Of a stretch of DNA of 20,000 nt, positions 10,491 to 20,000 are shown one piece after another. Both the position numbers and the translations under genes were made by a program. Every line of letters begins with the position of its first letter. Position 1 is the first letter of the stretch. A model generated the notes under the pieces. The model did no database searches. It saw only the letters and a list, made by a program, of their open reading frames with translations, and had not been told where the DNA came from. The stretch is from NCBI GenBank assembly GCA_000934665.2, contig KZ538504.1:45788-65787 (forward strand), given 5' to 3'. Source of the DNA: Catajapyx aquilonaris. Taxonomy: Eukaryota.

Positions 10491-10494
10491 AGTA

Positions 10495-10834
10495 TGAGAG
10501 GTGTGGTGGCCGAGATGGTAACGTCTCAGCATGCTGAGTGAAAGGCCCCGGGTTCGATCCCAGCCTGGGGAACTTCCTTTCACCTGAGTCGGGAGGGTCT
10601 CTGACCTGCACCAAGGAGGTGTCTGGCAACCTAACCTCCTGGGGGACTGCACAAGGCCCAAAGGCTTGGACATTGCACCTGCACAAGTGTCCCCTCCCCA
10701 ACAATCCCTATCCCTACCCTATATCCCCAACTATTCCTTGCACGGTGACTGAAGAAAAAAGTAGAAAAAAATATTCTATATGGTGTTAATCCACTCCCCT
10801 ATAAGCCCTAATCGGGCTATCACGGGGTAATAGA

Positions 10835-10907
<73 letters not shown>

Positions 10908-10910
10908 CAT
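10495..10910 (+). mobile_element. Full-length SINE family A copy with (AAT)n tail
   Basis: A box TGGCCGAGATGG, B box GGTTCGATCC; 14-bp TSD TTATTATTACAGTA (10481-10494, 10911-10924). Confidence 0.92.
10835..10905. repeat. (AAT)n microsatellite
   Basis: Pure run; tail of the SINE-A copy. Confidence 0.97.
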
Positions 10911-10919
10911 TTATTATTA

Positions 10920-11502
10920 CAGTAAAACTTCGAATCTCCATGGGACCAAGAAAAAACTTCGAGTTATAGAATATTCGAGTTAGAGAAGTTTGGAAGAACA
11001 GAACTCTATAAGGAAGCCTACCTTCATATCCAGCGACGAAAGGTGTTCAAAACTTAAAAATAACTGTCATTATCACACTTACAATCTTCCTCATCGTTTT
11101 GTTGCAAAAAAATCTCCGTTATGGACATTTGGTTACTCTTAGATTCAAGGATTCAATTGTCACAATCGAGTCAAACACTTCTTTCGGTATGTCTGGTAGA
11201 CGGAGATCAGGAAATTGAGCCTTTCTGTACATGTGGCCTACTCTCGACCCTTCGGCTGGGAAATTAGAAACTTTTCCGTACTCGCCAACATGAACTTCGA
11301 CTTAGGGAGACTGAAAATTCATTGATATCCCGTCGTAAGGCCCTGCCTGGACTTCGAGTTATGGAGAACTTCGAGTTACAGAAATTCGAGTTAGGGAAGT
11401 TTATTTCCTATTATGTTACATTGTGACCAACCAAGCTCGTCATTTTCGTCGACTTATAGAGAACTTCGACTTAGGGAAGTTCGACTTATAGAAATTTTAC
11501 TG
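10920..11502. mobile_element. Tigger/pogo-like MITE
   Basis: TA|CAGTAAAA ... TTTTACTG|TA; repeated TTCGA(G/C)TTA subterminal motifs near both ends. Confidence 0.85.
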
Positions 11503-11517
11503 TATTATTATTATTAC

Positions 11518-11572
<55 letters not shown>
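11503..11572. repeat. (TAT)n microsatellite
   Basis: Run with one interruption, between the Tigger-like MITE and SINE-C. Confidence 0.97.
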
Positions 11573-11846
11573 CCGACGCAGTGGTGGCGGAGGGGATATG
11601 GTATCCGACTGCTAATCGGGAGGTCCTGGGTTCGATCCCCGGGGCCGGCAACCCTAACCATGGTTTTCTGTGGTTTCCCACTGTCCCTCCAGGTAAATGC
11701 CGGGGTTGTTTCCTAAAATAATAGGCCCCAGCCGCTTCCTTCCGCCCCTATCCTATCCCCAAAAGCGAAGTAAAAATGCAAAGAAAGAGTTCCAGTCAAA
11801 ACAAAAACTCCCCCCTAAAGAGCCGCCGGCTGATAACGGGGTATGA

Positions 11847-11912
<66 letters not shown>
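11573..11912 (+). mobile_element. SINE family C (locust Lm1-like central domain), (TAT)n tail
   Basis: tRNA head with B box GGTTCGATCC; core GTTTTCTGTGGTTTCCC...CCAGGTAAATGCCGGG...GCCGCTTCCTTCC resembles Lm1-type insect SINEs (from memory); flanked by ATT repeats. Confidence 0.85.
11847..11912. repeat. (TAT)n microsatellite
   Basis: Pure run; tail of SINE-C. Confidence 0.97.
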
Positions 11913-11913
<1 letters not shown>

Positions 11914-11936
11914 CTGACGTTTATCAGACCATATAG

Positions 11937-12167
11937 CAGGGGTCGAAATATTTGGATGCACAGGTGCAATTTGCACTCCAAAATTGTCATCTGCACTCCA
12001 AACTGAGCCTTGGAGTGCAAAGGTTGCACTCCAGTTGATCCTGCTTTTAAACATGACAATATCCAGTAATAAAAAATTAAGCACTCCAAGTATGTAATTT
12101 GAACTCCAGATAAAAGTCTGGAGTGCAAACTTTGCATCTAGACAAAAATGTTAAAATTCGACCTCAA
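11937..12167. mobile_element. hAT-like MITE with GCACTCCA repeats
   Basis: CAGGGGTCGAA ... TTCGACCTCAA; near-TSD CCATATAG / CCATATGC; several TGCACTCC/GGAGTGCA motifs. Confidence 0.65.
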
Positions 12168-12539
12168 CCATATGCATCACTTTTGCAACCATTGCATTGT
12201 ATGCTTCAAACTCGTTTTATGCCAGGGATTGGTTGGTTCCAGCAACATGCGGCGTAAAGTGAAAAGGCGTAAAACTTGTGGCATTTACTGGTTCTTGTAC
12301 TTCCCGCCCTGCTCCAAATGAAACAAAATGTTCAAAATTTTCCCACAAACAATACTAATATTGCTGTTTTTAATGGTCAGAATTCGAAGCATTTAATACG
12401 CATATTTAATGGGAGCTTCCAGGTTGAGGGTCATCAGGTTCTGGGGGTGCCTTTCCATTTTTTGGCAAGAACTGAAGTACACGTAGTGCATTGTAACAAC
12501 GGGTACAGTGCTTTGGAGAGAGAAGAGACCAATAATACA

Positions 12540-12540
<1 letters not shown>

Positions 12541-12610
<70 letters not shown>
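12541..12610. repeat. (TAA)n microsatellite
   Basis: Pure run; (ATT)n tail of the minus-strand SINE-B. Confidence 0.97.
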
Positions 12611-12949
12611 CCGGGGTAGTGCTTGACCTCATCTGAGGTATGCAGCACGGACCTTTATTTATTATGTCAAGTACATTTGGAGCCTTTATACGTAGCGCCC
12701 GGGCCCACGGGCAGGATGACAGGAGGGGATGTGCAAGGTGCAGTGCAATGTCTTAAACGTGGCCATTTTTAGTGAACTCCCCCGGGTGGTTTAGTCTGTG
12801 GAAATACCACCCGAGACGAAGCCAGAGGTAACCCTGAACTCTGCACGAGATGAAGGGGGTGTCCCCGGGCTGGGATCGAATCCGGGACCTTAACATTCGT
12901 GGGCACATCCGTGGGCGCATACGTTACCGCAGCACCACTCCGCCTCCCC
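12543..12949 (-). mobile_element. Full-length SINE family B copy with (ATT)n tail
   Basis: Minus-strand tRNA head (GGATTCGATCCC); 14-bp TSD CCAATAATACAGTA (12529-12542, 12950-12963); core shared with the copies at ~9400 and ~18360. Confidence 0.9.
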
Positions 12950-12973
12950 CCAATAATACAGTACTGTATATAA

Positions 12974-13587
12974 CAGGGCTATTCAACTGGCGGACCACGG
13001 TCCGGATCCGGACCACAACCCAATTTTGTCCAGACTGCGACGATATACAGGACAGTTTCAAATAGCATTAGAAATTACTAATTCATAATTTTTTTGAAAA
13101 AGTCCCACCAATTTCATCAAATACACACCCATTCAAATCTCCCACATTCACCTAAGCTCGTGTGACCTTGAACCCCCCACCCCCCACCCCCCCGGGGATG
13201 TCTTACTATGCCCTGTCTTGATAGGCCCTTCTACCCTTGCTGCACATGTTTCTATTTCAAAAATGAACCCTGTGGTACCATATAATAATAATAATTCATA
13301 ATTCATACCCCGTTATCAGCCATCGGCTCTTTAGGGGGGAAGTGTGTTTTGCCTGGAACTCGTTGCTTTTCATTTTACTGTGCTCTTTGGGATAGGATAG
13401 GGACGGAAGGAAGCGGCTGTGGCCTATTAATTACGGAAGCAACTCTGGAATTTTCCTGGAAGGACCGTAGGAAATGTGGTACCATATAACATCCATATCT
13501 TTACCTAGGAGGGGGGGGAAGGGGGGAGGGGTTCTGGACCTTCAATGGCCCAGGAAAGGTAAATACTGGACCTTGTCATGAACTAGT
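12974..13587. mobile_element. hAT (Charlie-like) MITE, right end truncated
   Basis: Left terminus CAGGGCTATTCAACTGGCGGACCACGGTCCGGATCCGGACC; GGACC repeats and AACTAGTT near 13535-13587; no TSD recovered. Confidence 0.55.
13286..13474 (-). mobile_element. 5'-truncated SINE family C copy
   Basis: Reverse complement matches ~11675-11846; 15-bp TSD TGTGGTACCATATAA (13271-13285, 13475-13489). Confidence 0.9.
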
Positions 13588-13769
13588 TTAGGTCGGCAAA
13601 AATTTGCCTTTTTTCCCTCTAAACTGTAGGACTACTTCATGTAAGGACACTAAGGTATATGTACAGTATTTTTAAGACGTGCCTGTAACAGAAAATATAC
13701 AGTTTTGTGGTTAATATCACTGTTTCTTGGTTTCATATTGCCCTTATGACACCGGGACAATTTTCCCCC

Positions 13770-13849
13770 GTAAATGATCGGTTATCTGAACAATCAGTTA
13801 TCCGAACACCCCCTGGGCACACTCTGCTTGGATAATCGATGCTCCACTG
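13770..13849. mobile_element. Tigger-like MITE terminal fragment
   Basis: GTTATC(T/C)GAACA repeats ending GGATAATCGATGCTCCACTG|TA; partner end not found. Confidence 0.45.
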
Positions 13850-14110
13850 TAATGTGAAAAGGTGTCAAACGAGGAGGCGTAAAATGAGGTGTACCTGTAC
13901 AGCACAAATTCTGCAGCTTTCTTTGTGCTTCTCATGATCTGAGCAAATATGCTATCATTCTGCAAAAATCTATTTCTCTCCCACCCACAGCTATGGTTAA
14001 AAACACCATAACAATATGGTAAACTTACAGTAACTCATTATGAATGATTCCCAATTAAATTTCTTGAATTTATAAGCCAATATTAAAACAGCTAATGACC
14101 AGAAAGTTTA

Positions 14111-14587
<477 letters not shown>

Positions 14588-14650
14588 TCACTCCAGTAAC
14601 TTTATCCTGGAATTCCAGAGAGATTTCCTCATCACACTGTCTTCACTTAC

Positions 14651-14794
14651 ATCTTCAAAGTGAAGATAATAATATGGGTCATCTTCCAAAATCAGCAAAT
14701 CATGCTCAGATGCAATAGAATAAATTTCCTTCTTCCTCTCCAAAGGAATGCAGGTTCCAGTTGGGTTGCCACCAGTAGGGCTCACATACATCAC
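14651..14794 (-). CDS. AADAT: AADAT-like internal exon
   Basis: ctgcAG acceptor and GTAAGT donor. 144 nt, VMYVSPTGGNPTG...RKKEIY...DLLILEDDPYYYLHFED, with the class I/II aminotransferase NPTG and EDDPY motifs. Confidence 0.93.
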
Positions 14795-15299
14795 CTGCAG
14801 ACCCAAAATCCCAAATATTTTTAAAATATGACCATGAACGTACCGTACTGCATAATGAGTAATCAACAAGTAATGGGATGCTCATATTGTAGTTAATTTA
14901 GTGATGGTAAGGTGGGATTAGGTATTTTGGCCAGTTTAGCCTCAGAAATCAGAAAAAAACCATTCATTCTGAACAGCAAGGCAGTTTTGGAATTTCATGA
15001 TGCATAAGCAAATGCCACCAGGTTTAAGTGCAACCTGCCTGGCAAGATAATATAATATACAGCATTACTGCAGGTGGCAGGAAGGAACAGGTCCTTTTGC
15101 TGTAATAATATGTGAGGGTACTGTACAACTCCGTTCCTACAGAATTATGTTACAGAAAGTGTAGGATATCAAAGATATCTAGCACAATGAGGTTTATAAG
15201 GGAGGCATCATCCCAAACAATTTTGTTAGGTTGTATCCCTGGGTAAAGTGGACCTCAGATGAAATATTGGTCCCAAACCTATGATGAGTGCTTCTTGTA

Positions 15300-15609
15300 T
15301 CCAACAGACTTCAATAAACATCAGTTCACCTGACCACTTACCACTGACCTTGACAGGCACAATGCAATGAATTTTCACACTAGAGTCCCACCTCTGCTGA
15401 AGCCTCTCTCCAGCAGACTGGGAGTAGAGAAAGAGGTAGTTCTGCATCCTTTCTTCAGTTCCAGGCTGTTGGTGAGAGGAATCTTAACTCAGAGAGGCTC
15501 CAACAGAAGTGTGACTCATGTGAAAATTCTTTGCATTGTACTTGTCAGGGTCAGTGGTAAGTGGTCAGGTGAACTTGGTGCTTAGTTTTGTGTTTGAAAT
15601 CTGTTGGAC
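15300..15609. repeat. ~310-bp imperfect foldback (long hairpin)
   Basis: AGTTCACCTGACCACTTACCACTGACC is perfectly inverted at ~15549-15575; looser pairing extends outward to TCCAACAGA/TCTGTTGGA and inward to a small loop near 15440. Confidence 0.85.
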
Positions 15610-15755
15610 ACAGTAATCCAGCATGATGATGAACAACCTCACTTACAAAGTTCCAGCAACATAAGCTGACATATATCACATCCTATGCTTTGCAACAAAA
15701 ATATATATATTCAAATTTTCGATCAGCTCTTGCAGGGACATAAAAATTATACTAC

Positions 15756-15872
15756 CTTTGGTTGCGGTTTTCCAGACTCCTTCCATGCAGCCAGAACTTT
15801 CTTAAGGAGGTCAGGTCTGATTCCATTTGCATCTTCCTCAACCATGAGGTAGTGTGGGTCATACAAATTTGT
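15756..15872 (-). CDS. AADAT: AADAT-like internal exon (absent from the ORF track)
   Basis: ctttacAG acceptor and AAG|GTAGT donor. 117 nt, phase 0/0, TNLYDPHYLMVEEDANGIRPDLLKKVLAAWKESGKPQPK; fills the expected D..G..P...L..W...PK segment. Confidence 0.88.
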
Positions 15873-16024
15873 CTGTAAAGGAGATGAATAACTTGTAGCT
15901 CACAGAATACGAGCAACAACTTCTATTATTATTTCATTGATGTTTGGCTGAAAGCAGTATTCAATTGCTGTATAATTTACAAGTGTTACACAGGTTACAA
16001 ATTGACAATTATTTCATATATATA

Positions 16025-16190
16025 CAGTTGAATCCGGATATAACAACCTCGGCTGTAACAGACTTTCAGTTACAACAGACCCGAAAGGCCGGTCCCAGCA
16101 TACTAGCATAAGGCCCTGTGTATTTTACCCCTGATATAACAGACTAATTTCACCTCATCTCGACTATAACAGACAATTTCTTGGCCCCTC
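16025..16190. mobile_element. Tigger-like MITE left end
   Basis: TA|CAGTTGAATCCGGATATAAC with repeated AACAGAC motifs and GGTCCC; right end not identified. Confidence 0.55.
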
Positions 16191-17279
16191 AATGAAAAAT
16201 ATGCTGTTTTTGATTACTCAGCTTCCTTTCCCATGCGAGGAAAGCCCTACATACTGGAGAGGTGGTGATTTTCCCACCTGTCACTGCTTTAACACTTGCC
16301 AAAAATGTCAAAATCCTTCTTTTTCTGGTATATTCGGCAAGGACGAGACGACAGAAGAAAATGATTATTTCTTTGGGTCCTACCTAAGTTAAGGGTGAGC
16401 TAATTTGGCATGTTTGTGGGTAGTTTCATTAATCAGTATGAAGTAGTGTGCATTATAAGCATATGAAAGCCGAAAACATGTGTAATTGTTTCAAAAGTGG
16501 CGATTTGACTATAATATGGACGGTGTTATGCAATAATGGATCAACCCACAAAAATGTCAAAATTGAGTTAAGCCCAGGAACATACACCCAAAGGATAGTC
16601 CTTCACTCAGTTAAAATCAAGGTGGCAGAATCTGCATACTTCTGCCACAAATGACCGAAAAGTTAACTCACAAATGGTGTGCATGGACAGTGTTGCACAG
16701 GGTATACACACATTTACATACATACTGTGCACAGATCCTGACATTTCTCAAAAACGGGTAGTCAGCAATGACAAAGGAGTCATATGTGAACCCCACAGGA
16801 CATGTGTTACATCTCCCATAATGATATTTGCTTGGAGAGTTGAGATAATTGACCTCACACTACAGTACAAAATGCAGCTACACTGATGTGGAATCTTGTG
16901 ACATAAAAGTTTCAAAACAATTATCATTTTGAAAACCTTCACCAGGTTTTTCATCCATCTGATAAAGTTAGCACACTACACACTACAAAGTTGTACTGTG
17001 CTACCTTTATCAGATGGGTACTTTGATAGATTACCATGGCTGCTACTGTAGTTCTACAGTAGCAACCATGGTAATCTATAAAAGTGTTTATGATCATCAC
17101 TAGCAGAGGCAAGCTGCTAGTAGACACTTTCAAAAAGGATGAACAAATATCCAGAATTGACATGTAAATATTCATAATATATTTAACAATGGGGAACTAG
17201 CCTTGGTCTGGGATTTGGGATTTTTGTTCATAACTAGCTAGCCCATGCCCGTAAACATACATTCCATCACTCTGTTGCA

Positions 17280-17485
17280 TCAAAATGACATTACTGGATA
17301 AATTACGGCACATTTAAAAGTGCCTTCAAAATTGGCGGGAAAAACGCGGAGGCCAATCGAAAGGGTACACCGAAATGCNCCCCCCCCCCCCCCCCCCCCC
17401 TGTGTGTAGACACTTGTAAAATTGGCAGGAAAAAAAGTTGAACCAAGGCTAGCAACCCCAGCGACCCACCAGTTGGAAACCACTG
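17280..17485 (-). mobile_element. hAT (Charlie-like) terminal fragment
   Basis: Minus strand begins CAGTGGTTTCCAACTGGTGGGTCGC; includes a poly-C run with an N; left boundary approximate. Confidence 0.5.
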
Positions 17486-17774
17486 TCTTAGGGGATCCCC
17501 TTTCAAATTGCCTACTTTGTTCATTCAGATCGAAATGATGATAGATTCTGAATCTGGAAGAAAATGGAAGAACTAAAAAAACAACAACCAAACATGGAGA
17601 AAACTCTTGCCACATGAGACAATCCTCTGTGAGGCTTCCATCTCTGAGGTCCCTCATTCAGTCCCGGAACGAGGGACCTCAGAGGTGGAAGGCTGTGGTG
17701 ATAACAACTATATCACCATGCCGGGCAAAAGTTGCTATTTTTCTAAGTAGAACACTTCGGTTGGTTGGACTATA

Positions 17775-17984
17775 CAGGGTGTTTCAATTTTTTTGTCCGA
17801 ACAGCTATCAGAAGTATTGCACTATAAGCTGCTACTTTGTAAGCAGTGACTTGCAACGGTTTGTCAGAGGAATGGGGAATATTCCCTGCGAATCTTAGGT
17901 TGAAGTGGCATACACTGCTTACAATGTAGCAGCTCAGTGCAATATTTCCGATAACTGTTGGGACACAAAAGTCGAAACACCCTG
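17775..17984. mobile_element. Tc1/mariner MITE
   Basis: TA|CAGGGTGTTTC ... GAAACACCCTG|TA with ~70-bp imperfect TIRs. Confidence 0.9.
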
Positions 17985-18309
17985 TATAATGCTGTAATGT
18001 CCTGAGGGACAGGATAGAGCAGGAAGCATGCAGGTGGGAACAGTGAGAAGCCAAGGGGAAGGGGTAATCATAACACACTTCTTCAACCATATGCTACAGT
18101 ATATTCTCCCAACTGACTCAATTCTTCCCTCCTCTCACAAAGAGCACCTTTTCTTCCCCCTGTCATACTGGGCCACCAGAAAGGTGGCCTGACTCTCACG
18201 TACACTACTGTCCCTTGGCAGAATAAAGCTAGTGTTTTATGAAATGCTTATTCTTTGGAAGACAACATGATAATTTTTTTAAAAATTCTGAAATGAAATT
18301 CCTCTCTGG

Positions 18310-18592
18310 GAAGCAGAGCAGAGTCCTGGGTTTAGTACCAAACCTGGGCATTCTCCTTTTCATCTCATGCAGAGTTCTGGGTCACCTCTGGCTTCGTCTC
18401 GGGTGAAATTTCAATGAGACTAACCACCCGGGGGAACGCAAAATGGCCATAGCAACAACACTGCTCTTGCACCTTCCAACTCCCCTCCGTCCCACCCCTG
18501 CCTGCAGACCCAGGCACTTTGTCAAGAACGAAAACTGTATCCATGATGAGGAAAAGACAGGCCCATGCAAAATTTTAAATAATAATTATTAT
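18310..18592 (+). mobile_element. Decayed SINE family B copy
   Basis: Core TTCATCTCATGCAGAGTTCTGGGTCACCTCTGGCTTCGTCTCGGGTG differs at 3 of 47 positions from the reverse complement of the 12543-12949 copy; ends approximate. Confidence 0.75.
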
Positions 18593-18640
18593 TTAAAAAC
18601 AAAATTCCTCTCACACCACTGCATTATCCCAAGAACTTAC

Positions 18641-18830
18641 AATGACAGGGACTCCAGGATAAATAGGATCTGGGATGATGATAGCATCTCCTTTTGACAT
18701 CACCATTTCTATGACCATGCTGAGTCCATTCTGAGATCCAGTTGTCACCACAACCTCCCTCTCATCCCATTTTGGTGGGTTGTGCACTTTCACTTGCAAA
18801 TCCTTCAGCTGTGAAAGCAGTCCTGGCAGC
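18641..18830 (-). CDS. AADAT: AADAT/KAT-II-like aminotransferase, internal exon (most 5' exon in window)
   Basis: tttcAG acceptor and GTAAGT donor. 190 nt (1 nt + 63 codons) encoding LPGLLSQLKDLQVKVHNPP...VVVTTGSQNGLSMVIEM...GDAIIIPDPIYPG, which matches the family motifs HNPP, TTGSQ and P.YPG. Confidence 0.9.
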
Positions 18831-19569
18831 CTGAAACACAAAATATTTTTGCTGTACTTCATCGATGAAATCACAAATGCGATAAAATTTATATTACAGT
18901 TTAACAGTAATAATAACAGCACCAAGGGAAATCCCGGATTAACAACCAATCTATGTCTAGCCTAGAAAGAATTGAAGGGTTTGGTACAAAAACAGAATAA
19001 GTTCACTTTTGTTACTTTCGAGAAAACAAAGAAAAACTGAATTCCGGGAAAATTTCAAAAATGTCTATAATGAGAATTTATTGTTGAATAGGATGATACC
19101 AAAGTCAACATGCACCAGAATATGAAATTTGCACAATGCATACGGTATGACACATTCTACAGTAGAGTATAATGTGGACAAGTCTGGTTTTTGCACCGAA
19201 TGAGAACCAGACATGTCCAAATAGAGTTTTGTGTGTATGTTATGAGCATGGACAAACTTTTTTCTCAATTATAGGCGGCTAATTCCATGCAAAAGTATAC
19301 ATCAGGATCAGATTTTAAAATAAATAATTGATATGATATTATGGTATTTTCTGAAAGCTGAGATTGTGTATTTTTTATTTTTGAACAGATATTAAAGAAT
19401 TGTCAAATACATTCAAGTTAACAACACTGTTTATTTCCAATATGGTGGGTGTGCAAATTTCTTTGTTCTGAGGCTCCATAAAAATCTTCATAGTTCAACA
19501 AGTAAGCTAGTGTTTTTCATGCAGTAAACTGTGATTTCTATCACATCAGAACTGGATGAATGTACTATA

Positions 19570-20000
19570 CAGGGTGTCTATTGTAACTCTGCAAAGACTT
19601 TCAGGGGTAATAGAGGGGACCAAGACAAGTATTTTTGACATAGGAACCCGTGTCCGGAAACGCCATCTAGAGGGGGTTCATAGACAAGGAACGGGTGCGC
19701 TCAGACGCGTCAGGCGAGAGGTGCTAAGAGAGCGGACTGTTTTGTTGATAGATGGCGCCCAGTTGTTGCCAGATTATGGCGTATCGCGTCGTTGTACGCA
19801 AACAACAACGCGATACGCCATAACCTGGCAACAACAGAACCGCTGTTGACTATCCGTGCGTCTCCTAGGAGGCATACTTTAGTTGCTAGATGGCTCTGCT
19901 GTTGTCAGGTTATGACACATTGCATCGTTGGTTACTATCCGAGCGCCATCTATCAACAAAACAGTCCGCTCTCTTAGCGCCTCTCGCCTGACGCGTCTGA
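19570..20000. mobile_element. Mariner-type element (left end) containing a GC-rich palindrome; runs off the window
   Basis: TA|CAGGGTGTC terminus; ~58-bp near-perfect inverted repeat at 19701-19758 / 19943-20000. Confidence 0.7.

Noticed and set aside
10495..10570. tRNA genes (also 3895, 11573, 12949)
   Set aside because: A/B boxes are present but they run into repeated SINE bodies with tails and TSDs; no proper cloverleaf.
10920..11502. CRISPR-like array of TTCGAGTTA repeats (also GTATCTAGATAC at 8221-8260 and GCACTCCA at 11960-12130)
   Set aside because: Short irregular subterminal repeats inside TIR-bounded MITEs in a spliced eukaryotic gene; no unique spacers of constant length.
10378..12648. 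ORFs with poly-I, poly-N, poly-Y and poly-L tracts
   Set aside because: Translations of (ATT)n microsatellites and SINE bodies.
13508..13531. G-run / G-quadruplex candidate (C-rich counterpart at 13173-13193)
   Set aside because: Low-complexity interior of a MITE; no evidence of function.
17379..17400. N followed by poly-C
   Set aside because: Homopolymer with sequencing ambiguity inside a transposon fragment.

Overview
Eukaryotic, repeat-dense genomic DNA, probably from an arthropod (inferred from the SINE central domains). The only supportable gene is on the minus strand: six spliced, frame-consistent internal exons (18830 to 6447) of a PLP-dependent kynurenine/alpha-aminoadipate aminotransferase (AADAT/KAT-II-like). 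A possible terminal exon lies at 393-352 and the 5' exons lie beyond base 20000. The introns hold tRNA-derived SINEs (three local families called A, B and C here, plus Meta- and V-domain-like copies) and non-autonomous DNA transposons (hAT, piggyBac, Tc1/mariner), many with readable TIRs and target-site duplications (TSDs). Most notable: (1) a SINE-B copy, reassembled from fragments at 8170-10480, that carries a ~310-nt rod-like hairpin where its sister copy has only a tiny stem-loop, and that took seven later insertions; (2) stems whose sequence changes but whose pairing is kept across SINE families; (3) a 1.96-kb near-perfect palindromic hAT element with ~830-bp arms nested in an older inverted repeat. 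No CRISPR array, true tRNA/rRNA gene, transposase ORF or recognisable ribozyme was found. All alignments were done by eye.
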